A stretch of DNA of 64,000 nt from contig JBHGNT010000003.1 of NCBI GenBank assembly GCA_043228905.1, positions 12,090,001 through 12,154,000 on the forward strand. The letters run 5' to 3'. Positions 12,186-25,370 of this stretch are shown here, piece after piece. The position numbers and the translations under genes are program-made. This DNA comes from Azolla caroliniana. Taxonomy: Eukaryota > Plantae > Polypodiophyta. Under the pieces are notes generated by a model. That model did not search any database. It was not told where the DNA came from and saw nothing but the letters and a program-made list of their open reading frames with translations. Position 1 is the first letter of the stretch. Each line of letters begins with the position of its first letter.

Positions 12186-14516
12186 AGATCACTATAAGAG
12201 AGGAGGTACAATAAAGAACTCGAAGGCAACAACCTCGAGATCTTCTTCATCCGTATGTCGGTTACAGAGTTACACTCACACACACTCTCTCACCTAAGTT
12301 ACAGAGACAACTACCTTCTCTAACTATACAACAATGATCAACTACATCTTAAAGTTTGCCTTACTTGTTTATATACTAAAACAACTTTCTAGTTATTTAC
12401 AAGTATAGCCCACAAAGGGCACATTTGGACTATTTACAAATATAGTCTTCCGAATCGGCTATTAAATCGATTTCAGTTCTCGATTTCAATCTTGGCATTG
12501 ACTGAATTACCCTTGTGTCCTCGATTCGGTTCATTCTCTTCTTCCCGTCCGGAGGGACCTATTTTCCGAACAAACTCCCCCTTCACTCCAACATGGGGCA
12601 CTTCAACAATCTGACCCTCTATCGGCACTCGTCCAGCTTTTCAGCCGACAACACCTTTGTTAGTATGTCCGACCCATTCTCCATCGTACGTACCTTTACT
12701 AGAGCAAACTCCTTCTATTCTACTCGCTCTCAAAGCCAATGATATCTCCTTTGGATGTGCTTTTTCCTTGATTGGTAGGTGGCATTTTTTCCAAGGTGGA
12801 TGGCACTCTCGTTATCGCAATAGAGTCAGAATTTCTCTTGTTGAATTCCCAACTCTCCAATAAATTCCTTCATCCAAATTATTTCCTTACTGGCTTCCGT
12901 GGTTGACAATGCGACGATCTTCAGCAGCCTCGACTGCCATGAAACGGCTCCCCCTACAGAAGCCAATACGTACCTAGACATGGATTGGCTGGTATCCGCA
13001 TTAGCCAACATGTCTGAATCCGTGTAACTTTCCAATGTGGGGTTACCCAAGCTAAATCGGAGACACACGCTTGAGGTGTCTCCACTCGAGGTGTCGCTTA
13101 GGTACCGCAATATCCATTTGACGGTTGCCCAATGTTCTCTTCCGAGATTGTTCATATATCGTCTTACGACTCTGACTCCATAACCAATGCCTGGCCTAGT
13201 GCAAACCATTGAATACATTAGGCTTCCAACTACCGAGGCATAAGGGACTTTTGACATCTCGTCCTTCTCGGTTTTCGATTTCAGACATTGGTTCTTGCTT
13301 AGCTTGTAGTTTGTCAGCAGTGTCGAGCAGACTGGTTTTGTGCTTTCCATGTCGAATCCCTGGAGCACTTTTTTCACGTACTTCTCTTGTGACAGTCATA
13401 ACAATTTCTTTGTTCGATCCTGAACAATGTGCATTGCCAGGATTTGTTTTTCCAGACCCATATCTTTCATTGAGAATGACCTATTCAAGGCCTTCTTCAA
13501 ACTTCTGATTTTCCTCAGGTTCTGTTTGACAATCAGCATGTCATCAACATACAACAGGAGGATGAGAAAATCTCCTCCCTCATACTTCTTGACAATAACG
13601 CAATGATCACCTTGTGTCTTGCCGAAACCATGATCCACCATGAAACATTCGAACTTTCGGTACCATTACCTAGGTGCCTGCTTCAGCCCATATAGGCTCT
13701 TTCTCGCTTTACCTTTTTCTTCAAATCCTTCCGGCTAGTGCATATATATCTCTTCCTCCAAATCTCCATGAAGGAAGGCAGTCTTGACATCTAGTTGCTC
13801 GACTTCGAGATCGATGCTGGCTGATATGCTCAACACTGTTCAGATTGACATCATCTTTACGACCGGGGCAAATATTTCGTCGAAATCGACACCCTTTTTC
13901 TATTAAAAGCCTTTCACCACAATTTGGGTGTTATACCTGGGTGGATTCTCACCGTCTCCCGGTTTCAACTTGTACACCTACTTATTTCAGAGTACCTTCT
14001 TCCATTTCGGCAATTCGGTCAATTCACATGTGTGGTTCTCATGCAAGGAATTCATCTCCTCTTGCATGGCACTTAACCACTTTCGGTTGTGGGTGTCCCT
14101 CTTTGCTTCTTCAAAGCTTTCCGGCTCCCCCTCATCACTTAGCAGTACACGCTCTTCATCCGGAAATCTTCATGGGGGTCTTCTATTTCTTAGGGGATAT
14201 CTTCAGCCTCTATTCAGCACGGTCGATTCTTCTTCTGTCGAGTACAATTCGGTTCCTCGTTCGGCCAGTTCCCTTTGTTCTTCAGTTGGTTCTCGATTTT
14301 GCAGAGTATTAAATTGACCAATAGGCTCAGATTTGATTTCGATCGAATAGACTTCTACTTGATTCGGCCGAGTATTGACTCGGCTCGATTCGGTAGTTGG
14401 AGACTTATTCTAAATCTCCCAATTGACAATCGTCTTCTCGTCCATGAAGATGATGTCTCGGCTCCTAATCACCTTCTTCTCGGTTAAGTTCCATAATTGA
14501 TAGCCGAATTCGTCAT
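12186..14516 (-). mobile_element. Decayed Ty1/Copia 3' fragment (partial 3' LTR to 12572, PPT, RNase H-RT)
   Basis: ORFs 12826-13377 and 13396-13641 (LLYVDD); PPT next to 12572; LTR similar to the solo LTRs at 9671 and 14552. Confidence 0.85.
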
Positions 14517-14551
14517 TGTCATGAAAGGGAGGAATGAGGCTAAGTACTAAA

Positions 14552-15070
14552 TGTTAGGATTCGACTGGCCACAACCGGTTTACGTTCGTATTCATGTGCA
14601 GAAAAGCAAGAACTAGTACACAGACAAGGGAAAATGTGCAGACACAGAGACACCAATATTTTACGTGGAAAAACCCGAAATGGGAAAAAAACACGGGGTC
14701 CACAAAATCCAAGAAAACAGATCATTATGGTAGAGAGGAAGTACAGATACGGAACTCAGAGGCAACGACCTCAAGCTTTGCTTCGTCTGACAGATGGTTA
14801 CATAGTTACACTCTCACACTCTCACTCCTAGTTACAGAGGCAACTACCTAGTCCTAACTTTACAATAATGATCAACTCCTTATCTAAGGTTTTCCCTAGT
14901 TACTTATAAACGCAAGCAACTTTCTGGCTATTTACAAATATAGCCCACAAGGGCATTTTAGACTATTTACAATTATAGTCTTCCGAATTGGTTGTCTTTA
15001 CGATTTTAGTTTCGGACGATACATCAACTTGGCTCTCCTCTTCCCATCCGGAGGGACATGTTTCCCAACA
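14552..15070 (-). mobile_element. Solo Copia LTR, TSD CTAAA/CTAAG (1 mismatch)
   Basis: TGTTAGG...CCCAACA; reverse complement resembles 9671-10216; host LTR is continuous across it. Confidence 0.85.
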
Positions 15071-15365
15071 CTAAGAGAGAGCAATAGCATAATCAAGATC
15101 ACAAGATTGTCACGGACAAGTAGATGAGGCTCAATATTAAGCGATAATGGGAGAGAGAGCATAAACAAGAGAACAATCAAGAGAGAGAGAAAATAGACAA
15201 ATGAACAAGACCTGAATTATGCTTTCGTAACTGGTGTTGTTCACCTTGATTGTAATCAAGCTGCACTCTAGTATTTATAAAAGAATGGGGAGGTAAGCAT
15301 GAAAGCTAGAAAACTTCTAGAGAGTGCATGGAAACTTCTAGAAAGTGCGTGAAGATGCATTCTCT

Positions 15366-15385
15366 AGAAGGTTCTTGAAAGTTCT
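15366..15385. promoter_or_regulatory. Perfect 4-unit heat-shock element in LTR
   Basis: AGAAG GTTCT TGAAA GTTCT = nGAAn nTTCn nGAAn nTTCn. Confidence 0.7.
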
Positions 15386-15440
15386 GGTCATCAATTTATA
15401 ATGAAATAAGTTGAATCTTATACATTACAATAATGCATTG

Positions 15441-15511
15441 ATGGATGTAGCTCAACTGGTAAGGTTGCCCAATAAGACCAAAAGCTCATGAGTTCAACCC
15501 CCACCATTGCA
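15441..15511 (+). other. tRNA-derived (SINE-head-like) Pol III module within LTR; not a functional tRNA
   Basis: A-box TAGCTCAACTGG at 15448-15459, B-box GAGTTCAACCC at 15490-15500, recognisable T-stem and acceptor-like stem; anticodon arm does not fold cleanly. Confidence 0.7.
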
Positions 15512-15521
15512 TGTGGCATCC

Positions 15522-18055
15522 TGTCATGAGACCAAATGGGTGTAATGAGGCTAAGTACTAAGAGAGAGTAAGCAAGATCTAAAGATTGTCAAGGACAAGT
15601 AGACGAGGCTCAATATTAAGAGAGAGCATAGACAAGAGAACAAGCTTGAGAGAGGATAGACAAATAAACAAGAACTGTATATGCTTTCGTAACTGGTGTT
15701 GTTCACCTTCATTGTAATCAAGGTGCACCCCAGTATTTATACAAGAATGTGGAGGTATGCATGAAATCTTGAAGACTTCTAGAGAGTGCATGAAGATGCA
15801 TTCTCTAGAAGGTCTTTGAAAGTTCTAGTGATCAATCTATAATGAAATAAGTACAAGAATGTGGAGGTATGCATGAAATCTTGAAGACTTCTAGAGAGTG
15901 CATGAAGATGCATTCTCTAGAAGGTCTTTGAAAGTTCTAGTGATCAATCTATAATGAAATAAGTTGAGTCTTACACAATACAATAATGCATAATTGGTAA
16001 GGTTGCCCAATAAGACCAGAAGGTCATGGGTTCAACCCCCACCATTCCATGTGGCATCCTGTCTATGACATTATCCTCCTTCTAAGGCTACCTCCTAGGA
16101 CCCGCGGCCGGTTTCTGTGGATAGCGTTCATGAAATGCTCGAACTATGTCCGGGGCATGCTTGAGATGATGTGCCGGCTCCGATATTGCTTTGGAGATCG
16201 GGTACCCTTTCCAGAGAGCAAGGTATTGAAGCTGGTGGAGGAGAAGGGTGTCGACCGGGGATTTCAGATATATGGTGAGGTTCCATAAGGGAGACATGGA
16301 ATACATTATGAATACGGAAGTGGGATGATAGCTCAAGCGGACAGCCATGGAACCAATTTTCTCGATGATTCGGAAAGGGCCTAAATTCTTGTAATCAAGC
16401 TTCGGACAAGGACGAGTGGTGGCAATATTGCGACGGAGAAGCCAAACAAAGTCACCTACCTCGAACAGGGGAGCATCTAAGTGAAGACGGTCATCTTCCT
16501 CCTTGTGGCGTTCGCCAACGAGGGTGAGCTCCAAGGAAAGATTGCAATGTACATCCTCCAAGAGATGTGCTCAGTCCTCCGCAGAAGGATTGACACAGTT
16601 TGAGGGAAGAGAAATGTTGAAGCGGGGGTGGAGACCGTAGTTTGCGAAAAATGGAGTAACTCCCATAGTGGGAGAAGGTCAACCCAGTTATCTTGTTGGT
16701 AGCGAAGAGAGCACCACAAGTATTGTTCCAAGATTTGGTTAACCCGCTCCGTTTGTCCATCGGTTTGTGGATGATAGGCGGAAGACAGATTCACAGTACA
16801 ACCGAAGGTTTCTAGAAGGTAACGCTAGAAATTGGAAACAAATTGTCGTCCTCGATCAGAAGTGATATCGTCCGGGAGTCCATATAGGCGAACCACATTT
16901 TTGAAAAACAAATCGGTTGTCTCCTATCTGGTAATGGTTTTGGCCATCTTGGTGAAGCGATCGACCATGACGAATACCGAGTTATAGCCACCAACAAAAG
17001 GAAGGTCAGTGATGAAATCCATGGAAAGAGAGGCCCAAGGCCGTTTGGGGATTGGGAGAGGGTGAAGGAGACCATATGGTCGATGATGAGATGCTTTAGA
17101 GCGAGCAAAAACGTTGCATGATTTAACGAACTCCTTTACCAAATTCCATGGTTGTGGCCACCAACACCCCCGAGATATCAACTCCAAGGTTTTCTCAACG
17201 CCAAAATGACCAACAAGTGGATCATCGTGACACTCGTGAAACACCCTGGTCCGACAGGAACCTTCTGAGACATACAAAAGATTATCCTGAATTGTAAAGT
17301 GAGCTAAATCAGGCCGTTTGGGTTCGTGGGAGGGGTTTGTGATACTTGCCTTGACCTCTGTGGTGAACTTGTCAATCGTAGTGGCTTTTGCTATTTTCTT
17401 GAGCAAAGAGTCATCCCGGAGCAAGCAAGTCGCGAAGTTGTAGAATTAGTCACGCTTTAACAAACTCTGGGATTGCTAAACATAGGCTTCATCCTCCGGA
17501 GTGAGCTCAAACTTAGACCGACGGGATAAGACATCGGTCGTCGTGTGTTGAGCGCCGGGTCAAAAGATTATCTCAAAATCATAGTCTGCCAAGAAGGTTG
17601 ACGATCGCGCATGTCTATGATTTAAGGTTCGTGTGGTAGAAAAGTATATTAGATTTTTGTGATCGGTAATCAGTTTGATACGGTGTTGCGCCCCGGCTAA
17701 ATAGGGTCTCCATTCTTCAAAAGAAGCAATAATAGCGAGAAGCTCCTTGTCGTATATGGGGTAGTTGATTTCTGGGGCCGTAAATTTGCAGGAGTAGTAA
17801 GCCGTTGGGTGAAGCACATTGACCTCATTTGGCTGGGAGAGGATTGCCCCAATGGTGAAATCGGAAGCATCCATTTCGACTTGAAAAGGCTTAGTGGGGT
17901 CAAGATGTAATAGGATTGATGCAATAGTAAATGCTTGTTTCAGCAAGTCGAACGCCTTTTGTGTAGTTGTTGTCCATTCGAAAGTAGCATCCTTCTGGGT
18001 AAGAGCAATGAGAGGTTACACAATCATTGATAATCCTTTGAAAAAAGTGACGATA
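15522..18055 (-). mobile_element. 3' part of a decayed Tcn1-like chromovirus Gypsy (RNase H-integrase-chromodomain, PPT, 3' LTR 15522-16070)
   Basis: ORFs 17560-17946 (QVEMDASD, YDKELLA), 16924-17424 (SMDFITDLP), 16088-16561 (GPF, then chromodomain QYLALWKGYP). PPT AGGAGGATAA next to 16070. LTR has a 112-bp tandem duplication at 15740-15963. Confidence 0.85.
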
Positions 18056-18195
18056 TGTCATCGACACAATGGAATGTAGGGGGTTGGACCCATGACCTTT
18101 TGGTCTTATTGGGCAACATTACCAATTGTGCTACATCCATCTATGCATTATTGTATTGTATAAGGTTCAACTTATTACATTCTATGTTAATCACT

Positions 18196-18309
18196 AGAAC
18201 TTTCAAGAAACTTCTAGAGAATGCATCTTCTTGCACTCTCTACAAGTTTCCATGCACTCTCTAGATGTTTCCTAGCTTGCATGCATACCACCACATTCTT
18301 GTATAAATA
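18196..18309 (+). promoter_or_regulatory. LTR promoter: 4-unit heat-shock element (18196-18215) upstream of TATA box (18302-18309)
   Basis: AGAAC TTTCA AGAAA CTTCT, then TATAAATA about 86 bp downstream. Confidence 0.7.
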
Positions 18310-19138
18310 CTTCGGTGCACCTTGATTACAATCAAGGTGAACAACACCAGTTACGGAAGCATAATTTAGTTCTGGCTCTTTTGTCTACCTTATCTCTCTC
18401 TTGTTCTCTTGTCTATGCTCTCTCTCTATCTATATATCTATCTTTCACTCTCTCTTAATATTTAGCTCCCCTACTTATCCTTGTCCTGGTCTACCTGTCT
18501 GTAAGAGTTTGCTCACCTTCCCTTCTTGTTACCATGTCCAACTCGGCCTTAAGCCAAGTAATGGAAGCCTTGAACCAACTTCAATTACAAAATGAAAGCC
18601 TTCATCAATCATTACGAGAGCTTCAAAATAGCACAACCAACAACCCTCCACCCGTTGAGCCTCACCTTCCATTAGCACCTAACCCAACCCCTTCCTGTTA
18701 GAGACATGAACTAATGTAAGCATTAGATAAGGATAGAATATAGATAGATAGATAGAAAGGGGAGAGAAAAAGAAGGGTGCCGATCCACCCGACCACCCCC
18801 GAGCGAAGGGATCGAGACGAACTCGAGCCTCGATCGGCAACCCATACCACCACCGTGGCGTCGAGTCGTACCTGGTGCTGGCTCGCTCGCTACAAGGGTT
18901 GACCCACCACAAGACAGAGTCTCGACGTAGTCAACAAGATGCTCAAATGAGGGTAGCTAGGCCTCTTAATTATAGCGATACCCAAGGCCCCAGGCAAGTT
19001 CACATTTGGCCTAATGGGTTGTCTCAATCCCGAAGATTAAAAATAATCCGCCCCCTTCTTTACACTCTCATTTAACCCTCACACTTATCCACGTGTATAG
19101 AATGCTATGGTAAATTCTGACCACGGGATATTATATGG

Positions 19139-22100
19139 TCATGCCCGTAACATACTCCTCTTTAAAACATTGCAATCTTGCAATGGAAAGTTAGGGAAGT
19201 TAGTTCTGAGAGTATTTTCGCTTTCCCATGTGGCAACTTTTATTGATTTATCCATCCATTTTATTTTAAATTCTCGGATTTCTTTAGTACGTAATTTTTT
19301 TGTTTTAACATCGAGAATTCTTTCTGGTACATGTGGTTTAGAAGATAATTCTTTAGAAGTAACCAGAGTTTCAGTTATAACTGTATTGTCGCCAGAACCT
19401 AGAAGTTCTTTTAGACGACTCACATGAAAAACTGGATGAATTTCTACGCCATCGGGAAGAGCGAGACGATAGGCTGATGACCCAATGCGTTTGAGAACTG
19501 TAAAGGGTCCACAAAACCGTGGGCCTAACTTAGCGCACTTACCCTTAGACAATGTCTTAGAATTGTGAGGTACACGTAAAAATACCTTATGTCCAGGGTT
19601 GAATACAAGAGGTTGCCTATGATGATCGGCATAAAAACGCGCTCTATCTTCAACTGTTTTTATATTATCTCGTGCAATATGCAACATATCTTGCATATCC
19701 CGAAGAAAGTTTTGCGTACTTCACAACTCATCATGATATATATTAACATCAATCGGGGCTCGTGGCTGAAAACATCAACATAAAAGGACTATATCCTATC
19801 GATGTATGCTTGGAGCTGTTATAAGCAAAGTCCAAAATTGGGAGATAACGTTCCCATTTTGTTGGTTTTGCACCAACGTATGCTTGAAGCATGTCCTCAA
19901 TAATTTGATTTACTCGTTCTGTTTGTCCATCGGATTGAGGATGATCCGTGGAGCTCATGCTCAATGTAGTTTCTAACTTCTTGAAGACTCGCGTCCAGAA
20001 GTCACTAGTAAACTTTGGATCTCGATCACTCACGATATCCATTGGTAACCCATACAAACGAAATAACTTGTCAACGAATTGGTAAGCCAATTCAGAAGCT
20101 GTAACCGCGGTTTTAGTAGCAATAAATTTGGCCATTTTAGTTAGTCTATCAACCACAACCCAGATGGCATCATGGCCTTTTTGGGTGCGAGGAAGGCTAA
20201 CAATAAAATCCATGGATATACTTTCCCACTTATTATTGGGAATGTCCAAGGGATGTAAAAGTCCTGCGACTTTAAGTCGCTCGGCTTTGTTAACTTGACA
20301 TTGGTGACATTTAGTCACATAGCTATGTATGTCAGGGCACATCTTAGGCCAATAAAATTGAGTGGAGATGAGAATGACTATACGATGTATTCCAAGGTGC
20401 CTTGCTAAGGGTGCATCATGGCATTAAAAAAGAATTCTCTTTTTGACATCAGGCAAATTTGGAACACAAACTTTCCCATTACGGTAGAGCAGACCGTTAG
20501 CAATGTGGAAGTATTCCTTCGAGGATGTGGTGGTGTCTGTTCCAGACTCAACTCTTGCCCAGTATTTTGCGAAATAACTGTCATCAGGATACTTTCCTCG
20601 AAGGTGATCATAAAGATCTGATGTTATTTCAGTGAAGCTAAGCATGTTAACTTCACAGATGCGACTTAGTGCATCAACGATAGTGTTCATGGAACCTTTA
20701 CGATATCGTATGGAAAAATCAAAGTCCTGGATGAGATCAGCCTATCTTGCCTTACGATCTTTCAGGTCTTGTTGGTCACAAAAATATTTCAAGGACTCGT
20801 GGTCCGTAGTTACCACAAATCGATTTCCATAAAGATAATGGCGCCATGTTTTGAGTGCATGTATAACTGCAAATAATTCCTTGTCTTGAATGGTAAACCG
20901 AAATTGAGCAGAATCAAGTTTCGTACTCTTAAATGTTATTGGTTTACCATCTTGATATAAGACAACACCTATAGCATAATCGCTTGCATCAATTTCAACC
21001 TCAAAAGGTTTTGAAGGATCGGGTAAAAGAAGTGAAGGAGCCTTGCACACCAGGTCCTTGAGTTCCTTAAAGGTGAGGTCTAGTGTAGCATTCTAGACAA
21101 TAGGTTTTGTAGACTTACGAGTTTGACCTTTTAGAAGATCAGTAAACGACGTCATCAATTGGGAGTAATTACGAAGGGATTTTCGCAAAAACCCAACAAA
21201 ACCAAGGAATGATCGAACTTCTCGAATGTTCCGAAGAGTGGGCCAAAACATGATTTTGTCGATGCGAGAAGGATCAATTTCAACTCCTCGTTCGGTTATG
21301 AGATGTCCAAGATAAGTAATTGATTTCTTGAAGAACTCACATTTAGAGATCTTCGCATAAAATTTTTTGTCACGCAATGTTTGTAAAACAAAGCGGACAT
21401 GTTTAGAATGTTCTTGTAATGTACATCTATAAACTAAAATATCATCCAAGAAAATAACGACAAATTTACCAAGTTGTTCTCGGAAAATGTCATTCATTTC
21501 TTGTTGAAATGTAGCCGGAGCATTGGTCAAACCAAAACGCATAACCAAAAACTCATAATGGCCATAGTGCGTACGAAATGCCATTTTAGGAACATCGTCC
21601 TCACTTATACGAATTTGATGGTAGCTAGTATGGAGATCAAGTTTCCTAAAATACTGAGCTCCCTGGAGACGGTCAATTAGATCGTCAACCCGGGGCAATG
21701 GATACGGATTCTTGATCGTCACTTTATTCAAGTGTCGGTAATTAATACACATACGCCATGTGCCCTCTTTCTTTTTAACCAAGAGAACTTGTGTACCCCA
21801 TGGAGATTTAGTATAATGTATATAACCCATTCGTAAATAGTCCTTGAGTTGCTTAGATATGTCATCCTCTTCAGATCGACTTAAGCGATAAGGAGGTATA
21901 GTTATTGGTGAAACGCCAAGTACAATATCTATACGATGGTCTATATTACGTTTAGGAGGTAACCCATTTGGTAGTTCACTCGGAAAAACATCATGAAAAT
22001 CATTTAAGATTTCATCAAGTTGTTGTTGTTCAAAATATGTTAATTGAACCGAGACATTATCGATATTGTAAACGTGAATGTCCGGATCAAGTACATAATA

Positions 22101-23663
22101 AAATAGAGTAGAATAAGACAACTCGGATATTGATGGAGAGGAAACAATCGAGAGGGATTGTTTTTTTACACATTGAATAAAATGAGTACAATCGTTCAGT
22201 ACAAAAGTTATTGAATGATGAACCCAATCAATAGATAAAGAAGAGTTTTTATTATAGAACCAGGGATAACCAAGTATTACATCAGTGGTACAAAGATTCA
22301 TTACATGGAAGCGTACTTCCTCTATATAAGTATCAATAGAAATTCCTAATGAATGAATCACATAGTGAATGTATTGTACTCTTCCATCAACCAAGTGCAT
22401 CGGGTAGGTGTGATCACTTACAGTGGGTTGGATTCCCCATATCTGAACCAAACGATCATTCACAAAGTTGTGTGAGGTTCCTGAATGAAACAAAAATTGT
22501 ATGGGAGATCCATTGATATACGCGTTTGCACGTAGTAAATCATTGGGACCCAATACATAGTGAGGGAAAGAACATTGACAATTACTTAAATGATGTGTAT
22601 AGACCTGAAGGACATTAGGAATCTGACCTTTATGGTCTGTAGTTTTAGCTTTGTTGTCATGCTCTTTCCGTTGGAGCTTTCGACATTGTTCTTTTGTATC
22701 ACGCTTCTTTTTTGTAGAATACGCAAAAAGGATGTTGTTGCTTACAATCGCGATCCATGAATTCGTTGGGTGTCTCGCGTTTCCCAGTGAATTGTGACTG
22801 CTTAGCCCCGGGCGCTTCGTTGGGTTTATTGTGGTCCTTCTTCGAAGTGCGTTGATAGTGAAGAACTATTTCAACAGCCTCTTCGAAGGATTTTGGATCC
22901 TTATCATGCACTATCCAGTTATAGTCCGAATTGGGGATGCCATTGACAAAACAAGCTATTAACCAATTGTCCCCTTCTAGACCCGCTTTTGGATTTGGGT
23001 TCTAGCATGGTGGACATAGTCTTCTAGCGAAGAAAATTTCCTGCTAGAGAAGTTCATTAAAGCTTGAGCTGCCTCAGTTCGAGAGGGAGGTTGTAGAAAT
23101 TAGCCCTTCAAAACTGTGACAAAATCTGTCCAGGTATCGGGCAATTTCCCCAAAGTACGGAGCCCATGCCACCAGGTGGCGGCTTTATCCCCTAGTTCTC
23201 GGCCGACATATGCAATCTTTGTACTATCTGGCATCGGATAGAGCTCAAAATGAGACTCCCATCGGCCCAGCCACGTGCAGATTGCTTTTTTGGTTCTTTC
23301 CTTTTTTTCTCCTGTAAATGGCTTAACGACAAACGATGGTTCACCTTGTTGCTCATCAGCTTTATTAGTCTCACGTTGTAAACTAATGACACGTGCCTCG
23401 AGAGCACTTTGACATTGCCGAAGTTCGGTCATCTGTTGAGCGGTGAAACTAAGGTATTGGGTTATTTTTGAAAAATACATCTCAATGGACATTTGTCCAG
23501 GAGGATTTCCTTGAGTTCCTTCTGCTTGAGCGGATGTGTGAGCGGATGACATCGGGTCGTTATTTTGAGCCATTGAATGGTTATTTCTATCAAAGAAATA
23601 GGATAAGGTTAGACAAATAGTCGTAACATCATGTCGTGATGTAAACATATCATGGACAAACAT
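19139..23663 (-). pseudogene. Gypsy gag-pol pseudogene (gag, protease, RT, RNase H, integrase, chromodomain)
   Basis: Fragments 23100-23663 (gag), 21093-22553 (protease-RT, FLDD), 20742-21050 (RNase H), 19749-20342 (integrase), 19139-19696 (GPF, chromodomain PERILD...IKW...ATWE); several stops and frameshifts. Confidence 0.93.
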
Positions 23664-25370
23664 TAATCGATATCATGATCTCATGTCATTACCCCTCTAG
23701 ACGTATGAGATGAGGTTCAAGATCAGGTTACTATGGTAACACAAAGATGGGGGTTACAAATAAATGTCTTTCCCTGATCTCTATATCAATTTTTATCATG
23801 GCGGCTCCTTGAGGCTTAACCATGTATGTTTGCGTCATGAATAGTTTATACACGAAAAAAATGTTAACAATAAACTACGTTTTTGTGCCCACATATGTGG
23901 TTTCGGCTCTTTAAGTCCTATTACGAGGACCCCGAAGTGCACTTAGACCTCAAGTCTAAACATGTGTTATAGTCATATGTATCAACGATGTTGTATGGTC
24001 TTTGCCATATTTGAACTCGAGACCTCAAGAAAAAATGCATTAAACACTTGAGCCAACCAAGTAGGTTGCTCTTCTTGAATGTTTAATGTTTCATGCGTAT
24101 AAGAGATGTGTAAGGCATTTGCCCATATATGTGTTTTTAAAGGAAACATAAATGTCAAGAGTCCTTATGTCCCCCTCATTTACTCCAAAATATGTTGGTA
24201 CGTTACCTAACCTCAAGTCTCGTAATTACGATGGCATACGCCAAAGTGCAACCTAATGGCCAAGACAAATGAGCCCTCTTTTCGTAGTAGGCCCATGTGG
24301 CCCATCATATGGTTACGTCATTACGAATGCCTCTCATAAGAATGATCTCATGGTGGCATCGTATCCATGTAATGAGGGAGGGATGTTGGTTATGTGTGTC
24401 ATAGGAGCGACCTCACATGAAGTGGGTTAAGCCCTACGTACTCAACACCATTGTGGCTATGATTGTTTCATTACGTAACGAAATATTGAAGTGACCAACG
24501 GGGATTTCAACAAAAAATTGCTGAAAAAGGGATAGTGAAAACGCCATTCTCACAAAAATGTGTGGACGGCCACCAAGATCCTTTTCCCAACAAGGACAAC
24601 ATTCGATAGAAATCGCGTAATATCAAATAAACACGTATGTTTACTTATCACATATATACGATCAAATATGTATACACGTGACCACATATGCGTACATTAA
24701 ACAAATCGTTACATCAAATACCCAGAAATGATGTAATCGAGATATGTAATCAAGGCATATACCCTCTACGCACACGAAACATCCAAAAATAAGGGTTCAT
24801 CGTGATACGTAATTGAGGTATTGACCTTTTACGCACATCATTTACAACGAAATCGAGGTATTGAACTCATACGCATACGTAACATATGTATGTGAGCGTA
24901 ATACGCAATTGAGGTACTAATCTCGTGCCATTGTTTTTAAAAAACGCGTATTTTATAGATAGAGTACGTTTTAGAATACCCACACGTATTCTAAACGTAT
25001 TCAACCTTTTGGACTTGTCATTTTTTCTAAGGCTAAATTTGTAAATAATTTAAAAATTATTTTTCTAGGGTATTTTTTACTAGAGAAAAAGAAAATAATT
25101 GGGGGTTTTTGTAACAATTTCCTACGTTTTGCAGACACTAGGTTTTTCAGCAGGATATGGAAGCTATCTACAGGAAATCCGAACTCTGAAGCTTCCAACA
25201 ACCTAGGTTTTTACGCAGGTATTATGGTATATGAACTAATATTGCTTCTTGAATCTTGATTATATTATATTATTATACAAAATACAGTAAACTCTAGCTT
25301 TCAATTTTAGTGTTAATTAATCTTACACAGTGCACACATAGAGAGCATAAAACAAAGTTTTATTTTTGGC

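Larger units (their letters stand above)
14517..15520 (-). repeat. LTR of the Tcn1-like chromovirus family, interrupted by a solo Copia LTR
   Basis: Starts TGTCATG at 14517; alignable by eye to 15522-16070 once 14552-15070 is removed. Confidence 0.75.

Noticed and set aside
15441-15511. Functional tRNA gene
   Set aside because: D- and anticodon arms do not pair properly and copies are diverged; kept only as a tRNA-derived module.
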